Positions 1 to 8,552 of a stretch of DNA of 64,000 nt are shown here, in pieces. The position numbers and the translations under genes were made by a program. The DNA is from Candidatus Poribacteria bacterium (lineage in GTDB: Bacteria; Poribacteria; WGA-4E; WGA-3G). Location of the stretch: positions 1,440,001 to 1,504,000 of the forward strand of contig OZ219753.1 in NCBI GenBank assembly GCA_964291315.2. Reading direction: 5' to 3'. The first letter of the stretch is position 1, and each line of letters starts with the position of its first letter. The notes below the pieces were generated by a model. The model was not told the DNA's origin. It did no database searches and saw nothing but the letters and a program-made list of their open reading frames with translations.

Positions 1-126
1 CCGGCTGTCATCGTGAAAAACAGCCCGCAAAAACAGTTGGCGCGTAAATTTATTGCCTATCTCCAGTCTGCCGATAAAAGTGAAATTTTTGAAAAACATG
101 GATTCACCGTTTTGACCCTAGAATGA
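1..126 (+). CDS. modA: Molybdate ABC transporter substrate-binding protein, C-terminal end (5' truncated by window)
   Basis: Frame 1 reads PAVIVKNSPQKQLARKFIAYLQSADKSEIFEKHGF, a typical ModA C-terminus. Its TGA overlaps the modB ATG (ATGA at 123-126). Confidence 0.85.
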   Translation, partial: PAVIVKNSPQKQLARKFIAYLQSADKSEIFEKHGFTVLTLE

Positions 127-788
127 GGATAACGCACGCCGAAGTTGCCGCTCTCTCTTTATCTATAAAAGCCGCATTGCTCAGCCTTGTTATAATGTTT
201 CCGATAGGGTTATCTGTGGGTTGGCTACTAGCAAAACGGACATTTCCCGGGAAAACTTTTCTGAATACCGTCGTGATGTGTCCGCTGGTGCTGCCGCCCA
301 TCGTAAGCGGCTATTTGCTCCTCATTCTATTGGGGAAAAATGGACCGATTGGCGGGGTTCTCTATCAATTGTTCGGTATGGAGATTGTTTTCTCACAGAC
401 GGCTGTTGTTATCGCAGTCTCAATTATCTCATTTCCGCTGCTAGTACGCGGTATTATGACAGGGATGGAAGCCGTTCCAGTGGAGCTTGAAAACGCGGCA
501 CGTACGCTTGGTGCCTCACCGCTCAAAGTGTTCTTTACAATAACGCTCCCGCTCTCGTATCGTGGAGTAGTCGGTGGAACGATCCTCAGTTTCTCTAAAA
601 GTCTTGGTGAGTTTGGGGCTACAATTATGGTGGCCGGAAACATTCCCGGTAAAACTCAAACGATGGCATTAGCGATTTTCAGCGCTGTTCATCTCGGGGA
701 AGATGCTTCTGTCTATCGGTTGGTGTTTATCTCAACCGTTGTTGCCTTTGCAGCATTCTGGTTGACGGAGCGCTTTACCCTCCGATAG
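123..788 (+). CDS. modB: Molybdate ABC transporter permease
   Basis: PLVLPPIVSGY, EAA-like loop ELENAARTLGAS, and SLGEFGATIMVAGNIPGKTQT motifs. Confidence 0.95.
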   Translation: MRITHAEVAALSLSIKAALLSLVIMFPIGLSVGWLLAKRTFPGKTFLNTVVMCPLVLPPIVSGYLLLILLGKNGPIGGVLYQLFGMEIVFSQTAVVIAVSIISFPLLVRGIMTGMEAVPVELENAARTLGASPLKVFFTITLPLSYRGVVGGTILSFSKSLGEFGATIMVAGNIPGKTQTMALAIFSAVHLGEDASVYRLVFISTVVAFAAFWLTERFTLR

Positions 789-823
789 GAGGTTCTTAAT
801 TGCGCTGTAGAAGGAGGAGTGTG

Positions 824-1090
824 ATGGTTTGGGTTTTCAGCGGCATCACCGCATGTATATTGCTCGGTTGGTGTCTCTATCAGCTTTCAAAAAACAATAC
901 GGCCGGAGATTCCGATCAGGCTCCGGATGTTGAGAATAATACTGATAACTTTGAGAATCTACTCTGGATAGGCGGGCTGTTCAACGAAGCGTATAATGAC
1001 GAACACCATGAGCCATCTGACAATATGGAATCTGAGGACTATAATGCAGGTGATAGCGGATTCGACGATGGCGGCGGGTTTGAACAATAG
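824..1090 (+). CDS. Small hypothetical membrane protein (N-terminal TM helix, acidic tail)
   Basis: AGGAGG RBS before GTG/ATG at 821-824; hydrophobic N-terminus, then a D/E/N-rich tail ending DSGFDDGGGFEQ. Confidence 0.6.
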   Translation: MVWVFSGITACILLGWCLYQLSKNNTAGDSDQAPDVENNTDNFENLLWIGGLFNEAYNDEHHEPSDNMESEDYNAGDSGFDDGGGFEQ

Positions 1091-1098
1091 GTCACGTT

Positions 1099-2169
1099 AT
1101 GGCAGATAGTCCCGAAATCATCCTCAATTTTCGCAAAAACCTCGGGGGTTTTACCTTAGCAGTCAATTGCACATTGGAGCAGCAGGTCTCGGTATTTTTA
1201 GGCGTGTCTGGGAGCGGGAAAAGCACGCTACTCAATTGCATCAGCGGCACGCTAGCACCTGACGAAGGGGAGATCGTCTTCGGGGGTGAGATCCTTTACG
1301 CGTCCTCCTTAGGCATCAATCTGCCGCCTGAAAAACGACGCTTCGGATACGTTTTTCAAGAGGGCTATCTATTTCCGCATCTCACCGTTGCTCAGAACAT
1401 CCGATATGGACAATCCAACCCGCGAAAATCTACAACCGCTATAGATGTCTTTGAGATTTCCGGACTGCTCCAACGGTACCCGAAAGAACTTTCTGGTGGC
1501 CAACGCCAACGCGTCGCGATTGCCCGGGCACTCGCTATGGAACCCCGGATGCTCCTCATGGATGAACCGCTTGCTGCACTTGATAGCACACTGAAAGACC
1601 GAATTATTCCGTATCTGCACCATGTTAAAGATGCGTTCGACATACCAATTCTCTACGTAACCCATGCCTTTTCTGAGGCGATAGCACTCGCCGACGAAGC
1701 CTTCCTAATTGCAGATGGCGACATTGTGGCAAGCGGTGAACCCCACCGGTTGCTGGCTGACCCTTCTGCAACGCCTATCGCACAATTGGGCGTTGAAAAC
1801 ATTCTATTCCTTCCAGTTACGCTTTCAGACAAGACGCTCGGTGTAACTTCGTTGAAAATTGGGAACCAGGCTCTTGTAATTCCATACACTGAAGTAGAAG
1901 TCGGCGAGATCGTACCAGTTGCTATCCGCGCTGAAGATATTATGATCTCACTTGAGCCAGATCTCCCGATTAGTGCACGCAACATGTTACGTGGCACAAT
2001 TCAATACTTGGATGCCAAAAGCGAACGAACATGGTTATCCATTCTCGTTGAATCACATCATCTCGCTGTGAAGATCACGCACGAAGCGCGTGAACAGATG
2101 CAGTTGAGTGAGAATTTGAAGGTTTACTGCGTCATCAAAGCAAGCGCTATCAATCGCTTCTGGGATTAG
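1099..2169 (+). CDS. modC: Molybdate ABC transporter ATP-binding protein with C-terminal TOBE domains
   Basis: Walker A GVSGSGKST, LSGGQRQRVA signature, LLMDEP Walker B, ISARNML TOBE motif. Confidence 0.95.
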   Translation: MADSPEIILNFRKNLGGFTLAVNCTLEQQVSVFLGVSGSGKSTLLNCISGTLAPDEGEIVFGGEILYASSLGINLPPEKRRFGYVFQEGYLFPHLTVAQNIRYGQSNPRKSTTAIDVFEISGLLQRYPKELSGGQRQRVAIARALAMEPRMLLMDEPLAALDSTLKDRIIPYLHHVKDAFDIPILYVTHAFSEAIALADEAFLIADGDIVASGEPHRLLADPSATPIAQLGVENILFLPVTLSDKTLGVTSLKIGNQALVIPYTEVEVGEIVPVAIRAEDIMISLEPDLPISARNMLRGTIQYLDAKSERTWLSILVESHHLAVKITHEAREQMQLSENLKVYCVIKASAINRFWD

Positions 2170-2190
2170 GCGTTTTATCTACAAAACAAT

Positions 2191-2236
2191 AGCGGCGGTT
2201 GTAACGACACTTATTTTACTTTATCATCCGCCGCTG
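2191..2236. terminator. GC-rich inverted repeat downstream of modC; possible terminator (U-rich tail on minus strand)
   Basis: AGCGGCGG ... CCGCCGCT arms with an AT-rich loop; ATTGTTTT follows on the minus strand. Confidence 0.4.
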
Positions 2237-2497
2237 TCGTAAGTGCGCGGAATTCTGCTGAAAGGGCTTCAATGTTTAGATACAGAGGTCAAAAACGGAA
2301 AGGAGGCGTGGGAAGCAGCCGGGCCGGTCTTAGAGTGCACTTCGGAAACAATGGAGCAGTTGCTAAGCACATATAAATAGATTATACCAATTGCCCACAA
2401 TTGTCAAAATTGCTTACTTGACACTACCCGTTAAACGCTACTGCATCCCCGACACGGAGGAATGCAGCTTTTAGCGGAGGATTTGATACAGTGCGTT

Positions 2498-3145
2498 TTA
2501 CTCCACACACCGCTGCAGTTCCGCCCAAAGAGCATCCACCTGTTGATGAAGTTCGGCAAGCGTACCCTCATTTTCTATCACGACATCGGCATAGGTAACC
2601 TTCTCCGGGAGCGGCATCTGGGCATCAATCCGTGCTTGGGCCTCATTTTCGGTGAGCGATCTACCTAGGGCAACACTGCGTTCTAAAGTACGTTGCAGTT
2701 GCGTCTCCATTGATGCCGTCACAACGACTATCAGATCAACCGTGTCATATGCACCCGCTTCAATAAGAAGTGGGGCATCGAGCAACACAATACAATTCGG
2801 GTCTGCTGTAACAAGCTGACGCGCACGTGCACGTGAACGCTGGATAATGATCGGATGGAGGATGCTGTTGAGCTGTTCCCGGGCAGCTTTGTCTTTGAAA
2901 ACAATAGCTCCTAATTTTCTCCTGCTGACATCCCCTGTCTCTTTAAGGATCTCCTGTCCAAATGTATTGATCAGTACGTTAAGAACCGGGCTACCTGCTT
3001 TCAGGAGTTCGTGTCCGATTTCGTCAGCGTTGATCGGAATCGCCCCTTTTTCTGCAAGACGTTCGGAGACAGTCGTCTTTCCGCACGCAATTCCGCCTGT
3101 TATGCCAACTATGATACCACGTTCGCGGCGTGTTTCAGTCTTCAT
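2498..3145 (-). CDS. coaE: Dephospho-CoA kinase
   Basis: IVGITGGIACGKTTVS P-loop, DADEIGH-like motif (NADEIGH), LNSILHP, DAPLLIE, RIDAQMP. ATG 3145 preferred over the ORF-track start because of the promoter position. Confidence 0.93.
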   Translation of the reverse strand: MKTETRRERGIIVGITGGIACGKTTVSERLAEKGAIPINADEIGHELLKAGSPVLNVLINTFGQEILKETGDVSRRKLGAIVFKDKAAREQLNSILHPIIIQRSRARARQLVTADPNCIVLLDAPLLIEAGAYDTVDLIVVVTASMETQLQRTLERSVALGRSLTENEAQARIDAQMPLPEKVTYADVVIENEGTLAELHQQVDALWAELQRCVE

Positions 3146-3152
3146 ACCGGTG

Positions 3153-3181
3153 AGTCTATACCATCCGCTGAAATTTGTCAA
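3153..3181 (-). promoter_or_regulatory. Sigma70-type promoter for coaE (TTGACA-17-TAGACT), 7 nt before the ATG
   Basis: Minus strand reads TTGACAaatttcagcggatggtaTAGACTcaccggtATG. Confidence 0.65.
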
Positions 3182-3575
3182 TACTATTTCTGGAGGCGTG
3201 ATTTCAAGTGATTGCTCCAACTTTCTGTGAAACCTCTGGAGACAGTCGTCTTTCGCCGTTACCTTCTTATTGTCGCCTACTGGCCCCCTCGGTGGTAACG
3301 GGAGAGTCAGGCAATGGAAATGCTAAATTGGGAAAGGGGCGAAGTGATCTGACAGCAGTTGGGGCACGATGCCGTTGAGCTTAACAGGGCGAGTAGCGAT
3401 GTTGTCGATCAATCTAAGGGCCCGGAGACAACCCAGTTGATCGCCTGGACAGAACCCACATTAAGAAACGGTACCTATCCAGGCTAACAACATCTATTGA
3501 GAAAATCATAAAAATGTTCAACTAATTGTCCACTTTGCTTACTATAACGCAGGCTTGATAAATATGTGGCTCAGC

Positions 3576-3612
3576 AGCAGAGACTCACGATCTAAAATCG
3601 TGAGTCTCTGCT
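3576..3612. terminator. Perfect 16-bp hairpin just downstream of the lamin-tail gene
   Basis: AGCAGAGACTCACGAT-ctaaa-ATCGTGAGTCTCTGCT; no clear U-tract. Confidence 0.6.
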
Positions 3613-3629
3613 TCAGTGTTCGGTGTCTA

Positions 3630-6476
3630 CTATTTGCCAGACGATTTGAGCTCACCCCACCGCGTCGTGAGCTTACCATTCGCAGAGACATCCCCATGCA
3701 GATGCGTCGTCCGCAACGTCGTCCGCACCCCGTCCATAGAGACGTCTTCTATCTGATAATAATACACCACATTCGGCTTCGCAGTCGTATCTGTGTAGGT
3801 ATACACATGCTTCTCAGAGGTCGTGCCGTGTCCCGCAATCAGACCCTTCGTGTTGATAACCGCAAACTCGCCCGTCTTGCTCTCGCTGCGCAGGATGTTG
3901 AACCCTGCATTGTTGAGTTCGGACTGCGTTATCCAGCTAATCTCAACGTGGCCTGTCGAGGCGTTGCGCACAGGCCGGAAGCTGGAGAGCGAAACGGGTA
4001 GCGGACCACCGAGCCGATAGCCGGGCGTGCCGATATCGTCCCGGTGTCCGTAGTACGTCAATGAGGCATCCACGAGCTTCCGCCAAGAGGCTGCCATCAG
4101 CCCATCATCCGCATCGCGCGGTACCGAACCCTCTGCCATGTCGTTGAACACACCGCCATACTTGCGAACAATAGAGGTCCGCACATCCCCACGCTTCGGC
4201 AGCTCCCACGCCTTCGTGCGTGAAGCACCGTCTACCGTAAGGTTGCCGGCTGTGTCCATAACCATCGGATCGCCTCCGCTGACCTTTGCACGCAGCTCCA
4301 GATGGAAGCCCTCCGCACTCAGCAACCGCCGCCCGCGCGTTGTTAATCCGAGATCGCTACTGTGCTTCTCTTGCAAGTTATAGACGTAGTTCTCTGCCAC
4401 ATCGTTCGCACCGCTCTTCGACACCAGCAGCAACGTCTGATTCGGCGGAAGATACGTCCCCGCATCAAACGTGAACTCGGCATCTACATACGCCGCTAGG
4501 TTGTCTCTGTTCTCGTTGCGGATCTCAAACTCCCAGCCCTCAAGGCTCACTGTCTCGGTCTTGGAGCTGTTGTAGAGCTCTATCCACTGCACCAAGTTCG
4601 AGCGGGGCCCCACGTCATACATAATCTCACTGATCGTCACGGTTCCATGGAAGGTATAAGTACCGTTAGAGACCTCGTTAACTGCCATATTCGGATACCC
4701 GGGCGTGCCAGGGGAATCCACGGTGTCAACGATTTTATCGCGCCCGCGGTCGTAGCCGGCACCTGTGAACCCGAACGACTGCCAGTCGTCTTTGTGAACG
4801 CGGTTCACACGCGACTTCGCACCATACATGCCCTGCGAATTGATCTGAACGCCCCGACCGAAAGACATAGTCTGAGACGCGAAGGTGTTCATACCCCCGA
4901 AGTTGCTCTCATCAACGTCTCCCGGCTTCGTCCACCCTACAAATGGCCAGATGTCTGTGTTGAACTTCCTATCTTCCACACGCTTGAAGAACCCGTTGCC
5001 GGCGTAATCCTTGATATTTGTCGGCTTACCGACATCATCCGCACTATCCTGCGTGCGCAACAGGATCAGGAACTTCCCTTTCGCAGGCAGGTTCAGATCC
5101 TTAGCAACCACATACTTATGCATGGCACCCGTCTTGACATCCGTTTTATCCAAGAGGGCCCGAAGGTCCGTACCACCAGCGAGCTTACTACTACGCCCAG
5201 GCTCCCGGTTATAGACCACCAGATACTCGCCCGGCTTCATCCTATATTTCGGCAGCACCGCGAGACTTGTGTCCGTGAAGTTGGCATCGCCAGACTCGTG
5301 ATAGCCGCTCCCGTCGGTCTTCATCTTCCCCATGATGAGGCTCAGCTCATAGTTCTCTATATTCACAGCAGGATCCGATGCATTATCACTATTGTAGAAC
5401 AACTCTATCCAGTCCAAGTTCTCACTTGACGGATCGTTGCGCACCTCATTGATGATGATACCCATCGGAGAGAGAGCCGCAGGAGCCCTATCAAAACGCA
5501 CTGTACCCGGACCCCCGATAGGCACGTGAACGTGCCCCGGACTCCCTATGTAATTACCTGTCATGTTAATACGGCCAACCGACGCTGCCCACGCATCCGG
5601 ATCGTGTCCATCTTTGAGACCCTCCAGCTTGCCATCTTTGAGGACATACGCCTTCCCCGTGTCGTCCAGCTTGATATTCCGATACATGGAGACGAGAGGT
5701 GTCGGAGCCGCACCGGTATCCGCGTTGCCATCGGTGTCACCGCTGCTCCCTTTCAAGGCCCAAGTATCTCCAAAACGGGAGAATATGCTGACACTGTCAA
5801 CAATTAAATACGTGTATTCAAAATCACCAAGAATCCACGTTTGAATCTTTCCGACGTTGTTGACTCTTTTATTCCTATGAAAATTGAGCCTTACGTCATC
5901 GCTCGCCTTTAGCGCGGCACCGTTGTTGTAGATCTCAACCCACTGTTTTACCGCGTCTTGACCGTCAAGCCCCCACATAATCTCACTGATGATCAACCTG
6001 TGCCGAAACTTCTCACGGGCCGCCGCTGAAATGACTTGCGCGCTAGCAAGATGAACTTCATTAACAGCAGTGGTAGCAGGATCGTCAACATTGCCTGCCG
6101 GAGCGTCTCTATCTGATACGACGGTACCTGATGACCCTTTTCCATCGACCAGTATTGCCAGCTCAATAGTGCCACCATGTCGAAAGAAGTTTGCCAAATC
6201 CGGAAAATCGGCGTTACCGGTCGCGGCTGTGATGGTAATAACGCTATCATCAACTATTCCATTGGCAGCAGGATTCCCACTACCGTCGTTCTTCACGTGA
6301 ACAACGAAGCTGTTCTTAGCCATCACCCCCTTCTCACTACCACTACTATCTCGATCAGTATTGAGGCGTGGACTCTGCACATAACCATCCACGGCTTCTT
6401 GGGCGGCTACAAGGCCAGCAATGAGAATCCCACTTAGAACTAAAACAAGAAACACGGTCAATCTATGCAATAACAT
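3630..6476 (-). CDS. Secreted multi-lamin-tail-domain (LTD) protein with FN3-like C-terminal module and terminal KLTTRWGELK motif
   Basis: Signal peptide MLLHRLTVFLVLVLSGILIAGLVAA; three (S/N)E(I/V)...W(V/I)E(I/L)-N modules ending in G(S/T)PG; PLPVSLSSF...ISWITQSELNNAGFNILRS...YYYQIEDV module; GGAGG RBS before ATG 6476. Confidence 0.8.
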   Translation of the reverse strand: MLLHRLTVFLVLVLSGILIAGLVAAQEAVDGYVQSPRLNTDRDSSGSEKGVMAKNSFVVHVKNDGSGNPAANGIVDDSVITITAATGNADFPDLANFFRHGGTIELAILVDGKGSSGTVVSDRDAPAGNVDDPATTAVNEVHLASAQVISAAAREKFRHRLIISEIMWGLDGQDAVKQWVEIYNNGAALKASDDVRLNFHRNKRVNNVGKIQTWILGDFEYTYLIVDSVSIFSRFGDTWALKGSSGDTDGNADTGAAPTPLVSMYRNIKLDDTGKAYVLKDGKLEGLKDGHDPDAWAASVGRINMTGNYIGSPGHVHVPIGGPGTVRFDRAPAALSPMGIIINEVRNDPSSENLDWIELFYNSDNASDPAVNIENYELSLIMGKMKTDGSGYHESGDANFTDTSLAVLPKYRMKPGEYLVVYNREPGRSSKLAGGTDLRALLDKTDVKTGAMHKYVVAKDLNLPAKGKFLILLRTQDSADDVGKPTNIKDYAGNGFFKRVEDRKFNTDIWPFVGWTKPGDVDESNFGGMNTFASQTMSFGRGVQINSQGMYGAKSRVNRVHKDDWQSFGFTGAGYDRGRDKIVDTVDSPGTPGYPNMAVNEVSNGTYTFHGTVTISEIMYDVGPRSNLVQWIELYNSSKTETVSLEGWEFEIRNENRDNLAAYVDAEFTFDAGTYLPPNQTLLLVSKSGANDVAENYVYNLQEKHSSDLGLTTRGRRLLSAEGFHLELRAKVSGGDPMVMDTAGNLTVDGASRTKAWELPKRGDVRTSIVRKYGGVFNDMAEGSVPRDADDGLMAASWRKLVDASLTYYGHRDDIGTPGYRLGGPLPVSLSSFRPVRNASTGHVEISWITQSELNNAGFNILRSESKTGEFAVINTKGLIAGHGTTSEKHVYTYTDTTAKPNVVYYYQIEDVSMDGVRTTLRTTHLHGDVSANGKLTTRWGELKSSGK

Positions 6477-6930
6477 TCGTAATTTCCCTCCTGTCACCTA
6501 AGTTAATAGGTGTGTTGATAATACCTTCTCTGTAAACTGTAAGATACCTCGTGAAGTAGCGGCAATACCGCTCTCTTCCGAAAAATAGTAGGCTTGATGA
6601 CTGCACGTCACATATGCAGCGAGGGGCTGCAGATCGAACATGTTCCGCTGTGTTGGCGCAAGCAGACCTCCCCGCTCGCCAACCAAAAAATAGGGCTACG
6701 CCACAATTTTCTCCAAGTCTGTGTTGTGGTCTTAAAGGGGATCTATTTTGGAATAAGTTACTTACTGTATGTGAAGTGAGGGGGGGGTAATCGCTAAAAA
6801 GCACGACGAACAAACAGCATCGCAGATAGGAAGCGCGCTGCATAGGGCAGATATTGTCGCGGAAACTTGATGTTCCGAGTAGGGGCCTAACCCTTAAAGC
6901 TTTCATGCATTTCATGGGTAGATACATCAA
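6463..6930 (-). other. Putative Cys-rich leader ORF (155 codons) spanning a C8 tract and overlapping the LTD gene start
   Basis: Open frame through ATTACCCCCCCC (DYPPL); TAG stop lies within the first 14 nt of the LTD CDS; it follows a consensus promoter. Coding status unproven. Confidence 0.35.
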
Positions 6931-6996
6931 TACCGATAGGCTTAACAGAACCCATCAATTTTATATTTATAATCTTTTTCCACAATTCCTACTCTA

Positions 6997-7026
6997 ATTA
7001 TACATTAAACTATTGAGTTATGTCAA
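6997..7026 (-). promoter_or_regulatory. Consensus sigma70 promoter TTGACA-18-TATAAT driving the leader/LTD transcript
   Basis: Minus strand reads TTGACAtaactcaatagtttaatgTATAAT. Confidence 0.7.
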
Positions 7027-7177
7027 AAACTTTTTTCTCTAGCGAGCCCCGGTTAGCATTTGTCAGAATAGTTTTAAAGCCTACAATAATATTCGTAGGA
7101 AGCGTTTCTAAACGCTCTCTTCTTCTAATTGCAGGGTCGAGTTTCGCTCGTTCCCCTGCTACCCCTTAAGATATCTC

Positions 7178-7206
7178 TTGTCAATAAGCACGGATGCTGA
7201 TACAAT
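7178..7206 (+). promoter_or_regulatory. Sigma70-type promoter (TTGTCA-17-TACAAT with extended -10 TG)
   Basis: TTGTCAataagcacggatgcTGaTACAAT upstream of the AAGGAG RBS of the 7248 gene. Confidence 0.55.
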
Positions 7207-7247
7207 AACGAAACGGCAATTATCGATTAATTGGGAAAGGAGACAAA

Positions 7248-8300
7248 ATGGCAATAGGATTGGGGGTTATAGGAGTGAACCCTACGAATATGGGATCAAC
7301 GGCGACACTTTTGAAAGATGTACCAGACCTGAAATATGAACTCCGCGGAATGTGTGCAAAGCGGGCAGATGTTTTGGAAAACTATGCAAAACAGATCGGC
7401 GTAAATTTTTGGACAATAGATTACCGCGAACTCGTCGAACGTGAGGATATTTCTGTCATCGCAGTCTATTCCCCCGACCATTTGCACGCTGAACACTGTA
7501 TCGCAGCCATTGAAGCCGGTAAACATGTGGTCTGTACAAAACCGATGGTAACAACACTAGCCGATGCACAATATCTCGTAGATCTTGTCCGCAAACACAA
7601 CGTCAAATTTCTGGTTGGGCAGACGATGCGGTTCGACCTTCAGTTTTTGACAATGAAGCGGTTCTGTGACGATGGCGACTTGGGCGACATCATGGCAGCC
7701 GATGCTCATTATGTCCATGACATGCGCCCTGTCTACGATTTTACACCATGGAGACTTCACGAACCACAAGATTTGATGTTCGGCGGCGTTGTACATCCTG
7801 TTGACATCTTGCGGAGCTTCTTAGGAGATGTCGAAGAAGTCCACGCTTACGGCACAAAGGGGCTCCTCACACCAGAATATCCACTGCGGAATAACTTCTT
7901 TCTCAACCTAAAATTTAAAAGCGGGCAAATTGGAAGAGCAATGGGGCTTTATGACATCGTGCATCCACCCATCCCGATGATGCAAGTCTCAGCCTACGGA
8001 AGCAGAGGTACAATAATTGGCGATTTTACCGATAACAGGGGCGGACATGTGAAACTGATGCTCGACAAAATGCCCGCACGAGAACCTTTGGAGATGACAT
8101 ACCCGCCCGAAGTTGATACAAGCGTCTACGGACACGGGCAGGCAGTTATCCGATATATGCGACATTTTCAGCAGTGCCTTCAAGAAGACATAGAACCGGC
8201 CCCTAATGTGATTGATGGCGCAAAATCTGTCGCTGTCGGGGCCGCAGCATGGGAATCCATTGAGACAGGAAAACCTGTGAAGGTGTTCAACGAATTTTGA
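7248..8300 (+). CDS. Gfo/Idh/MocA family oxidoreductase
   Basis: GLGVIGV Rossmann start, SPDHLHAEH, GKHVVCTKPM, HPVDIL. Confidence 0.9.
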   Translation: MAIGLGVIGVNPTNMGSTATLLKDVPDLKYELRGMCAKRADVLENYAKQIGVNFWTIDYRELVEREDISVIAVYSPDHLHAEHCIAAIEAGKHVVCTKPMVTTLADAQYLVDLVRKHNVKFLVGQTMRFDLQFLTMKRFCDDGDLGDIMAADAHYVHDMRPVYDFTPWRLHEPQDLMFGGVVHPVDILRSFLGDVEEVHAYGTKGLLTPEYPLRNNFFLNLKFKSGQIGRAMGLYDIVHPPIPMMQVSAYGSRGTIIGDFTDNRGGHVKLMLDKMPAREPLEMTYPPEVDTSVYGHGQAVIRYMRHFQQCLQEDIEPAPNVIDGAKSVAVGAAAWESIETGKPVKVFNEF

Positions 8301-8406
8301 TTTTTCGACCTATCAAGTTATGATTAGACCTAGATTTCACCGCTCGCCTTTTCAGTACTGTTAAATTCTCAAATTTTTCTTGATTTATTTTTGCCTCTTC
8401 GTGTAT

Positions 8407-8426
8407 AATTTAGGTATGCTTAAATT
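8407..8426. promoter_or_regulatory. DtxR/MntR-type operator overlapping the -10 (TATAAT 8404-8409) of the metal operon promoter
   Basis: Imperfect palindrome AATTTAGGTA-TGCTTAAATT, similar to the TTAGGTTAGCCTAA DtxR box, upstream of the regulator gene. Confidence 0.65.
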
Positions 8427-8552
8427 AATTTCTTGTTATTTCTAATAATTCTGGCACATAGTGCCTAAAATTAGGTAGATCGTGAATCTACCACCGACCC
8501 CAAATGGAGGTTTTCACGCATTGCGTGTTTTCCCCACAGATTGGAAAGATCA

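Noticed and set aside
2295-2325. GGAAGCAGC resembling the SRP RNA core
   Set aside because: The upstream CAGG and GNRA-capped helix 8 context is missing.
4647-5429. 260-aa plus-strand ORF and other long antisense ORFs (e.g. 44629-45192, 31072-31626, 28550-29041)
   Set aside because: They are shadows of well-supported opposite-strand genes, with no motifs or RBS.
8430-8550. Possible yybP-ykoY Mn riboswitch in the mntR leader
   Set aside because: Hairpins are present, but I could not find the conserved GGGGAGUA-like and CAAUAC-like elements.
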